A DNA stretch of 64,000 nt, from contig OX597828.1 in NCBI GenBank assembly GCA_951406725.2, positions 29,140,001 to 29,204,000 of the forward strand, written 5' to 3'. Positions 54,302-64,000 of this stretch are shown piece after piece. The DNA is from Octopus vulgaris (taxonomy: Eukaryota). The notes beneath the pieces are model-generated. The model made no database searches. It was not told the origin of the DNA and saw only the letters and a list, made by a program, of their open reading frames with translations. How positions within the stretch are numbered: the stretch's first letter is position 1; every line of letters starts with the position of its first letter. The position numbers and the translations under genes were made by a program.

Positions 54302-54578
54302 TTATGAAAGTCTTTTTATTTTACATACATACATTGGCCCAAAGTTTGAAGAGAGACTAGGAAGAACTAATTCCCCAAATCTGGTGCCACGATAAAATGA
54401 GAAAGTGTCTCTGAAGCAACTAAATAGAGGCTGAAGGTCTTCCACTACAATGTCAATGTTTGAATTCTGCATAAGATAGTCATAGGCACTTTGAATAACA
54501 CCATCGTTTTGAGCAAATGACAATGTACAAGTAGAATAGACAACAGATCCTCCAGGCCTGCAACTTTTAATTCCAGAC
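54302..54578 (-). CDS. NSUN4: NSUN4 m5C rRNA methyltransferase, last coding exon
   Basis: SGIKSCRPGGSVVYSTCTLSFAQNDGV contains the motif VI TC; ends GELVLPSLSSNFGPMYVCKIKRLS*, matching the NSUN4 C-terminus. Acceptor tttgtcag|. Confidence 0.93.
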
Positions 54579-55550
54579 CTGACAAAGAAAATAAAACCAA
54601 AATAAAAAAAATATATATATATATATATATTCAACTCTAATGTCTAAATTATCAATATGCAGACAAAAATATTATACAATGGTCTTCTTTGGTTTATTTA
54701 AGGGTGGGGAGTATGTCTGATGGAAAAGAATAAAATTTTATTTACATTATTGAATGCTCTCTCATTCAATAATAATAATAATCTTTTCTACTATAGGCAC
54801 AAGGCCTGAAATTTTGGGGGAGGGGACTTGTCAATTTCATCGACACCAGTGTTTCACTGTTACTTAATTTATCAACCCCGAAACGATGAAAGGCACTGTC
54901 GACCTCAACGGAGTTTGAACTCAGAACGTAGCAGCAGATGAAATACCTATTTCTTTACTGCTCACAAGGGGCTACACACATACTTAAATGCATGCACACA
55001 CACTCACACACACACAAAAAAAACATGGTTGTGTTGTTATCAACTATGTTTTGCTTTTCATATTTCTAATGTTCATTTTACCATTCTTGCATGGATTAGA
55101 TAGAGTTTATTGAGGCAGATTTTCTATGGCTGGATGTTCCTCCTGTTGCCAAACCCTAACCTCTTTCCAAGCAAGGTAATATTGCTTCAAGGCCAGACAT
55201 GTTTACACGGAATAGTGGAAACGAATGCCACTGCTTGTATGGCAGTGACACTCCTTAACAACTATCACAAGATGTCAAGACAAAGATATACAAACACATT
55301 CTCTCTCTCACATACACACACACACACAATTCCCATTAACCAAATCCACTTACAAGGCTTTGATCAATGTGAGATTTTGGTAGAAGATTCTTGCCCAAGA
55401 TCCCTTGCAGTGGAATTGAACTAGAAACCATGTGGTTGGGGAGCCAGCATCTTAACCGTGCAGACATGACTGCACAAATGCATCTTTAATTTCTGTTTTG
55501 TGCTTTACTGTACATCAGCCCCAGGACTATAACAGAAGACACTTGCTTAA

Positions 55551-55770
55551 CCCTTTCATTAGCAATCTGGCTGAAACTGGCTCTGGCTCTGAGTACAAAT
55601 ATCTTGTTTTCATAAGTCTTGAATTAAAATCTTTCACCAAACCTTAGTCACAATTTATGTTCCTAGCAGTAGATGAATGATAACTAAGTTATTGTACTAA
55701 ATTCTGTGTTATATTTAAAGTAATTGAAAGAAACACAGAGCATCTCAAAATAAATACAGTAATGAAAGGG
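55551..55770. mobile_element. piggyBac-type MITE inserted in a SINE; an inverted copy lies at 59296-59503
   Basis: TTAA|CCCTTTCATTA...TAATGAAAGGG|TTAA; splits the SINE motif cacttgc..aaggtg. Confidence 0.8.
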
Positions 55771-57152
55771 TTAAGGTGGTACAGAGTGGGACTGAACCCA
55801 TAACCATATGGTTGTAAAGGGAACTTCTTAACTACAAGGTTATGCTTTTTGTCAGTATCTGATATGTATGATGGTTGTTTGATTAAGAAGTTTTTTTTTT
55901 TGTTGCAACCACATGGCTGCAGGTTCAATCCTATTTCAACCCCTGACCTATCGAAGCCTTGCAAATGGATAGATGGAAACTGAAAGAAGCCTGTTGTATA
56001 TAATGAGAGGGTGTGAGGACTCTCAATTATTAGTATGTTACTCTCATCATCATCATCAGTTTAACGTCCACCTTCCATGGGTTGGATGGTTTGACAGGAG
56101 CTGACCAGGCAGAAGATTGTACCAAACTTCAATGTCTATTTTGGCAGGGTTTTTATGGCTGGATGCCCTTCCTAACACCAACCACTTTGCAGAGTGGGCT
56201 GAATGCTTTTTACGTGGCACAAGCACATGCGAGGTCAGTTTTGGCATGGGTTTTATAGCTGGAAGGGCCTTTCTGAATGCCAACCACTTTACAGTGTGGA
56301 CTCAATGCTTTGTAGATCTCTCATGGCAGACAAAATGTTGACACAAGAAATGAAAAGACATGCCATCACTGTTACCATGGGTGCAGAACACAGAGATTCC
56401 AGAAATTACCAATTTTCTAAATGTTACTCCAATGTAAAGAATTCTTAGAATTCCTCCAAGTTTTCAGTTTTCCTGTTTTCTTCCCACAAAATCAAAATAG
56501 AGTTATGGACTGGAAATTCTTGATGATAACAATCCCCTTATTTGTGTTCTTAAGCAGTGAATTACCACACAATTCACTCCTTCCTCAATGACTCACTACC
56601 AACAGTATTCCATCTGCCATTTTTGATTCTTCACAATTTTTCCTTTCTCCTACTAAGAGCCACAGCAAGCACCAAAATCTATCATCTCCATTTCCTCCTA
56701 CCCACAGTTATACAATGTACTGCTATGCCTAGAATCAACTAGCACCCACACACACACCCATTCTGGCTTGTCAAAGACCTAATTCTGGATTCGTTTCTAT
56801 TTCATGCTTAAATCACTTAGGTTCAACAAGAAGCTTTAGCTCCTTTGATTCTAAAGGCATGAACTTTAGCTCAGGTGGGCGTGAGATGCTTTGGTCCTGT
56901 CTATCTGGCATCACTGATTCAATTGGCCATATCTCGCCAAAGTATTTTACCTGTTTTTATGTTCATACCAGCTACATCCAGCCTCTCACACTTAGCCTAC
57001 ATTGCCGAACTAAAAAATATTCAATCACATCATCAAAATCTCAAAACTACAAGATAATGCATGATTGATTTAAAACAATAAGTGTTACATTTGACAGAGA
57101 AATCTGAATGCTAAAAGGTTAATGTTTCTCTCATTTTCTCTCTCCCTCTATG

Positions 57153-57537
57153 GATGGAAGTACTCCGTTGGTTACGACGATGAGGGTTCCGGTTGATCCG
57201 ACCAACGGAACAGCCTGCTCGTGAAATTAACGTGTAAGTGGCTGAGCACTCCACAGACACGTGTACCCTTAACGTAGTTCTCGGGGATATTTAGCGTGAC
57301 ACAGAGAGTGACAAGGCCGGCCCTTTGAAGTACAGGTACAACAGAAACAGGAAGTAAGAGTGAGAGAAAGTTGTGGTGAAAGAGTACAGCAGGGATCACC
57401 ACCATGCCCTGCCGGAGCCTCGTGGAGCTTTAGGTGTTTTCGCTCAATAAACACTCACAACGCCCGGTCTGGGAATCGAAACCGCGATCCTACGACCGCG
57501 AGTCCGCTGCCCTAACCACTGGGCCATTGCGCCTCCA
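57153..57537 (-). mobile_element. Full-length tRNA-derived SINE (family C)
   Basis: TSD CTCTCCCTCTATG; matches 3675-4059. Confidence 0.88.
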
Positions 57538-57569
57538 CTCTCCCTCTATGAACATATTTCTCTTTATGT

Positions 57570-58425
57570 AAGATACAGATAAGGAAATAATTTTATTCTC
57601 AAATACAGGATAATGCTAATAATATAACATGAACAGAATGAAATATCCATATTTTGCAGAAAATATCCGTCTGCAGCCAGCTACGAGACTCAAACTCACA
57701 TCTCTGTGATTACACATCAAGTGCTTTGTCATTAAGCTAAACTGCCCCAACGATAAATTCTTCGGCAAATTTAGGTTATAGTGCCGGTGGCACATAAAAA
57801 GCACCATCAGAACGTGGCTGATGCCAGCGCCGCCTCGACTGGCTTCTGTGCCGGTGGCACATAAAAAGCACCATCCGAACGTGGCCGATGCCAGCGCCGC
57901 CTTGGCTGGCTTCCGTGCCAGTGGCACGTTAAAAGCACCAACTGATCGTGGCCGATGCCAGACCCCCCTGGCACCTGTGCAAGTGGCACATAAAAAGCAC
58001 CCACTACACTTGCGGAGTGGTTGGCGTTAGGAAGGGCATCCAGCTGTAGAAACACTGCCAGATCAGACTGGAGCCTGGTGCAGCCCCTGGCTTCCCAGAC
58101 CCCGGTCGAACCGTCCAACCCGTGCTAGCATGGAAAACGGACGTTAAACGATGATGATGATGAAGTTTAGCTTTATAAGACGCTATCGTACATTAAATTG
58201 AACTTACGTTGAAAGTAAACAAAGTTGGCTTTAGAAGCGTTGAGATTTATTGAAAGATACAGGTAAGGAAATAATTTTATTCTCAAAAGCAAGATAATGC
58301 TAATAACAGAACATAAACAGGATAAACTATCCATATTTTGCAGAAAAATCTGTTGGCGGCCAGCCATAAGACTCAAACTCACATCCCTGTGATTACACGT
58401 GAAGTGTTTTACCATTAAACTAAAC
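57570..58425 (-). repeat. Two diverged ~175-bp direct copies (57570-57743 and 58253-58425) of an old tRNA-headed repeat
   Basis: The copies align; the minus strand has A-box-like TAGTTTAATGG and B-box-like GTTTGAGTC. Confidence 0.65.
57780..58162 (+). mobile_element. RTE-tail repeat with ~70-bp internal tandem units; related copies at ~26717-26913, 27575-27931, 29320-29605, 30190-30460 and 33825-34325(-)
   Basis: Repeated GCCGGTGGCACATAAAAAGCACC units, then the conserved tail ending GGACGTTAAACGATGATGATG. Confidence 0.75.
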
Positions 58426-59566
58426 TCTTTATGTGCTTGAGGAGAGGGAAAGTGTTTATGTCGATCTTGTTAAATCAATTGTAATTTCTCTCTTTTTCTA
58501 TCAGTAGGTGTATATTTCTGTATGCACATACATATGTGTGTGTGTATTTGCCTCTAGTGCTAAAAACTACGATTGTTAAAATAGGTTGACTGTCCAGTCA
58601 GCCATTCCATATTGCCAGCATCCAAACAGTTGCAGCCTATCATCTTACTCTGTGCTCTGGCCACACAAACTTTTATGCTTTGAGTTGAGAACCATTTTTA
58701 CCCCAAGCATAGTAGTCCAAAGATTCATCACCAGTTGCTAATAACTGCCAGCAACTTCTTTTTTATTAGTTGTTTAATCCAGGTTGCTGTAGACTTTCTG
58801 AGTCAGAAACAACACATTTGAGTTCCAGCAACCAGTTTATGTCTCTTCGTAAGGTAACCATGCGAATCACAAACTTCTGGTCTGTGAAATCAACCAGTGA
58901 AACCTATGAACATAATATTCTTTTATGAGCCAATGTGCTATCCCAAATTGCTGACCCAACAAATACTCTAGCTAGATATGAACTAGACAATGCAACATGG
59001 CTTGTCCAAGTCATTCACTAGCACATTTCAAAAATCCAGTTTGTACCCGAGCAGTTACATGTGAGGCACTTACACTTCTCCTCTCCTCTCAGCAAGACAT
59101 CTAAGTGGGTAGGAATTGGGATGAGGTTATGAGCAAGATGACCAAACTTAACCAAGATGGGAGCTAAGAAGCTAACTCTGGAAAGATGAAAAGAGGTAAC
59201 TAACAAATACATCATCTTTGTTGTTTATAAACAAGCATGGAAAAGTGGATGTGAAATGATGATGTTAATGATGATGATAGTCACAAGTGATTTAACCCTT
59301 TCGTTACTGCATTTATTTTGAGATGTTCTGTGTTTCTTTCAATTACTTTAAATATAACAAAGAATTTAGTAAAATAACTTAGTTATCATTCAGCTTGTAT
59401 TAGGAACATAAATTGGTGGAAGATTTTAATTGAAACCTTAAGAAAACAAGACATTTGTACAATAGAGCCAGAGCCGGTTTCAGCCGGGTTGGTAACAAAA
59501 GGGTCAAGGAAAAGATGGAAAAGAGATAATGAAGGAAAAAAAAAGATCAATTCAGAAATTTCTTAC

Positions 59567-59691
59567 ACAAGTAGATTTCTCTGCTGTTCTGGCAGACTGA
59601 CTCTTTCATCGATACGGCCAGGTTTGAAAAGGTTGTTATCTTCACTTAGCAAAACATGTCTATCAGTATTGCAAGGAACATCAACAAGCAC
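59567..59691 (-). CDS. NSUN4: NSUN4 penultimate exon (VLVDVPCNTDRHVLLSEDNNLFKPGRIDERVSLPEQQRNLLV)
   Basis: Motif IV DVPC followed by the NSUN4-type TDRH...NNLFK. Acceptor cttcag|, donor GT|GTAAGA; 125 nt with compatible phase. Confidence 0.93.
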
Positions 59692-60906
59692 CTGAAGTCA
59701 TAGAAAACAAAAAGTCATTATATGACGGCTGTTGCTGTGATTACCATCATCCCAACATTCAATACCTGTTCATTTAATGCTCAGGTGTTTTGAAAATTTA
59801 AATTATAAATACAGAAATAAAGCAAAAGGGAGAATTATTACAGTTTGGGATTTATATTCAATAGAATTCAACTGCAAACAATAATATAGAATATCAGAGC
59901 TTTTGAAAACTTTTAACTTATGGTTATAAACATAAGCAAAGCTGTGTGGATAATAAATTCACTTTGTAACTACATGGTACGGAGTTCCATCTCACAGCAC
60001 TGCACTTTGGGAACATTGTTTTCTACTGTAGCCTTAGCATGACCAATGCTTTCATCACCATCATCATCATCATCATCATCATCATTGTTTTAATGTCCAT
60101 TTTCCCATGCTTGCATGGACTGGGTGAAATTTGTTGAAGAGGATTTTTCTACATCTTGTTGCCTTTCCTGACATCAACCATCACTAGTTTTCAAGCAAAG
60201 TGATATTTCCCCCATGGTCAGACAAAAACTGGAAATAAAGGATACCACATACAAAATAGAGACACTCGTTTACAACTATTATACAATACCAAGGCAAAGA
60301 GGTACTAACACACACACACACGACAGGTGTCTTTCAGTTTCTGTCCATCAAATTCACCCTCAAGGCTTTGCCCAGCCCAGGGTTAAAGTAAGCCCAATGT
60401 GACATGCAGAGGGACTGAAACCAAAACCATATGGTTAAGAAGCAAACCTCTTACCACATAGCCACACTTGCACTTATGACCACACCTACATCTATAATCA
60501 TGGAAACTGTATGGAAGCCTGTGAATGTGTGTGTGTTATTGTCATCTTGTCATGAGATCACATGATAGCTGTGAGTGAATATCATTGACATGTATACACT
60601 GTCCTCTCTTTGCAATCTTCCATGAAAACATGTCTGGTCATGGCAAAATATTACCTTACTTGAGAACAGATGAGGGTTTGCAACAGGAAGAGCACCCAGC
60701 CGTGAACAATTTGCTTCAATAGAAAAGTAGATGATAAGATGATGATGATGAAGATTAAGAGGTTCTGTCACTCAAAGAAGGAAATTGAAGCAAAAAAAAA
60801 GAAAGAAGAAATAAAGAAGAGAGAAGGAATAAGAATACAAAAAAAACACAAAAAAAAAAGTCAAAGTGGTTTGTTTAAAAATAGAAAATGATGCAAATTC
60901 AAGCAC

Positions 60907-61055
60907 CTTATCAAAGAATGGCTCGTTAAAATGGCAGCCGTTATTCTTGCTAAATTCCAAGGAAAAGTTATTTTCAAAGTCACCAATGTAGAAGCGTAGC
61001 ATATTCTTGAGACGACTCAAACGGGAATAGGAAATGTCATTGCAGACTATGTCTT
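60907..61055 (-). CDS. NSUN4: NSUN4 internal exon (DIVCNDISYSRLSRLKNMLRFYIGDFENNFSLEFSKNNGCHFNEPFFDK); no upstream exons found in the window
   Basis: SAM-binding ND-x-S-x-SR motif; FDK joins VLVDVPC. Acceptor tatttgcag|, donor AAG|GTGCTT; 149 nt. Confidence 0.9.
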
Positions 61056-61519
61056 CTGCAAATAAGAAAGGAATTTGTTCATTAAAAAAGACAAAATAGA
61101 AATTAAAATGGTTTTTTTTTTACAAGGCTGCAAATATTTTTATCTTTTGCTTGTTTCGGTCATTAGACTGTGGCCATGCTGGGGCACTCCCTTGATGAGT
61201 TTAGTTGGGAAAAAAAACTGACCCCCAGGACTTTTTACATTTCTAAGCCTGGTTCCTATTCTGTTGGTCTTTTTTGCCAAACTGCTGTTACAGGGACATA
61301 AACAAACCAACATCAAATGTCAAACAGTAGTGGGGTACAAATACACACACCCACACATATACGACAGGCTCCTTTCAGTTTCTGTCTACCAAATCCACTC
61401 ACAAGGCTTTGGTTGTTTAGGGCGATAACAGAATACACTTGCCCAAGGTGCCACACAGTGAGACTGAACCCAGAACTATGTGATTGGTAAGCAAGCTACT
61501 TACCACACAGCCACTCCTG

Positions 61520-61574
<55 letters not shown>

Positions 61575-61941
61575 CCTCACATATGACAGGCTTCTTTCAG
61601 TTTCTGTCTACCAAATCCACTCACAAGGCTTTGGTTGTTTAGGGCGATAACAGAATACACTTGCCCAAGGTGCCACACAGTGAGACTGAACCCAGAACTA
61701 TGTGATTGGTAAGCAAGCTACTTACCACACAGCCACTCCTGCACATATATATATATATATATAATACACACACACCCTCACATATGACAGGCTTCTTTCA
61801 GTTTCTGTCTACCAAATCCACTCACAAGGCTTTGGTTGTTTAGGGCGATAACAGAATACACTTGCCCAAGGTGCCACACAGTGAGACTGAACCCAGAACC
61901 ATGTGATTGGTAAGCAAGCTACTTACCACACAGCCACTCCT

Positions 61942-61979
<38 letters not shown>

Positions 61980-62220
61980 AATATGAGGATAAAATTCTTT
62001 TCGAAAAAAAATATTTTCTCGAAAAAAATTTTATCAATGGCCAGCATATTAAAAAATACCTTTAACGGTTAAATTTATAAATAATTCATAAATGAGGGCA
62101 AAGGAAAAAATTTCTAATGCCAAATATGCCGAGAAATTGGACATATTGTCCATTAACCATATAATTTTTTCACAATACGCACGCTACTCGAAAAAAGGTA
62201 AAAAAATTCCATTATTATCA

Positions 62221-62273
62221 TATTGGACCGATTTCAGAGTTAGCTACTAAGAGCCCTCTCTTCGTCAGTAATA
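62221..62273 (-). ncRNA. Minimal hammerhead motif in an NSUN4 intron
   Basis: Minus strand TATTA-CTGACGA-AGAG..CTCT-GAAATCGGTC-CAATA, inside a 43-bp inverted repeat. Confidence 0.6.
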
Positions 62274-62814
62274 CTTGGCATTAGAAATTTTTTCCTTTGC
62301 CCTCATTTATGAATTATATATATATATATATTATACACACACACCCTCACATATGACAGGCTTCTTTTAGTTTCTGTCTACCAAATCTACTCACAAGACT
62401 TTAGTCGGCTCAGGGCTCTGACAGAATACACTTGCCCAAGGTGCCATGCAGTGGGGCTGAACCTGGAACCCTGTGATAGGGAAGGAAACTTCTTACTACA
62501 GAGCCACAGAGGAGTTCAGTTTATTTATTGATCCCCAGGTACATCTGGATCAGTCAAATATAAGACAATCATCATCATTGTTTAATGTCCGCTTTCTATG
62601 CTGTCATGGGTTGGACAATTTGATTGGAAACTGGTAAGCCGGGGAGGGGGACTGTACCAGGTTCCAATCTGATTTGACATGGTTTCTACAGCTGGATGCC
62701 CTTCCTAACACTAACCACTCCAAGAGTGTAGTGGGTGCTTTTTATGTGCCACCAACATTGGTCACAGCTACGGTCTCACTTGGCTTGACACGTCAAACAC
62801 AAGCATGGTATATC

Positions 62815-63048
62815 TATTTCTTTACTACCCACAAGGGGCTAAACACAGAGGGGACAAACAAGGACAGACAAACGGATTAAGTCGATTATATCGACCCCAG
62901 TGCGTAACTGGTACTTAATTTATCGACCCCCGAAAGGATGATAGGGAAAGTCGACCTCGGAGGAATTTGAACTCAGGACGTAACGGCAGACGAAATACGG
63001 CTACGCATTTCGCCCGGCGTGCTAACGTTTCTGCCAGCTCGCCGCCTT
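62815..63048 (-). mobile_element. SINE family A, full length
   Basis: TSD ACAAGCATGGTATATC at 62799-62814 and 63049-63064. Confidence 0.9.
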
Positions 63049-63110
63049 ACAAGCATGGTATATCGCTGAGGCCTCCTTGAGGCCCAATGCACAGTCAGAT
63101 GGTACTGGCA

Positions 63111-63341
63111 GGCGGCAAGCTGGCAGAAACGTTAGCACACCGGGCGAAATGCGTAGCCATATTTCGTCTGCCGTTACGTTCTGGGTTCAAATTCCGCCGA
63201 GGTCGACTTTGCCTTTCATCCTTTCGGGGTCGATAAATTAAGTACCAGTTACGCACTGGGGTCGATATAATCGACTTAATACCTATGTCTGTCCTTGTTT
63301 GTCCCCTCTATGTTTAGCCCCTTGTGGGTGGTAAAGAAATA
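63111..63341 (+). mobile_element. SINE family A, full length
   Basis: TSD GGTACTGGCA at 63101-63110 and 63342-63351. Confidence 0.9.
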
Positions 63342-63679
63342 GGTACTGGCATCGGCCATGACTACGATTTCACTCAGTTCAATAGGTCTTCACAAGCACA
63401 GCGTATCGCCCAACAATTGGAGGGTGCTTTTCACAGGCCAGTTATGTGACACAGGCATTGACCACAACTACGATCTCACTTGGTCTCACATCACTGTCTC
63501 CACGAGGCCCAATGCACGAACGGTGCTTTTCAAGTGCCAGTCAGACAGCACTGGCATCAGCAACAACTGCAATTTCACTTGTCACTTCAGAAGGTAGCAA
63601 TATTCGGCCATCAAACATGAGCATGGAGAAAAGATCCAGCCATTCTTATTAACACAGCTATGGTAACAGAAAAACGACG

Positions 63680-64000
63680 ACGCCGTGGTGATCTCATTCT
63701 TGCTCACAACATCATAAGCGGAAAGTGTAACCTCTCGAAAGAGCTGTTCTTCACTCCTGCTCCAGAGCGTCGGCTGCGGGGTCACTCCAAAAAGCTCTAT
63801 CTGTGATGATTTCATCTCGATCGAAGGAGAGGGGCTTTCTCCATCCGGGTTGCGGATCCGTGGAATAAGCTGCCGGACGAGATAGTGAAAATGCAGATGA
63901 CCGCTTGGTTCAAAGTCTCTCTTGACCAGAAATGGCCTGAACTCTTTGCATGAACACCCTCCCTGTACATAACTCCATGTCCCCCTACATGGCCTTGCTT
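63680..64000 (+). mobile_element. CR1-clade LINE 3' end; a second copy lies at ~47341-47557
   Basis: RLRGHSKKL..FSIRVADPWNKLPDEIV..FKVSLD; near-identical to the 47.3-kb copy. Confidence 0.75.

Noticed and set aside
57780-58010. CRISPR-like recurring GTGGCACATAAAAAGCACC units
   Set aside because: The intervening sequences are homologous to each other, there are no cas genes, and the units belong to an RTE 3' repeat in a eukaryote.
59685-60908. 9-nt direct repeat AGGTGCTTG at both ends of an NSUN4 intron, suggesting recent intron gain
   Set aside because: Four bases are the AG|GT consensus and the rest could be chance; needs an orthologue intron-position comparison.

Overview
AT-rich, repeat-dense eukaryotic DNA. 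The SINE, LINE and microsatellite content points to a coleoid cephalopod, most likely Octopus (inference). Two spliced minus-strand genes can be rebuilt from GT-AG sites and codon phase. One is a complete 6-exon, 217-aa protein with a hydrophobic N-terminus and a C-terminal YccV/HspQ-like (hemimethylated-DNA-binding) domain (22508-35683). The other is the last three coding exons of NSUN4, the mitochondrial m5C rRNA methyltransferase (54302-61055). The rest is mobile DNA: tRNA-derived SINEs, decayed R4/Dong, RTE and CR1 LINEs, a decayed pogo-like transposon, MITEs, a Helitron and long microsatellites. Most entries in the ORF track are microsatellite artefacts. The most notable signal is a set of minimal type-I hammerhead ribozyme motifs from at least six unrelated Penelope-like repeat ends, several inside inverted repeats. 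They include G3:C8 and U3:A8 compensatory core variants and a two-copy element joining a tRNA-like Pol III head to a hammerhead. All calls are from reading the sequence by eye; no searches were run.
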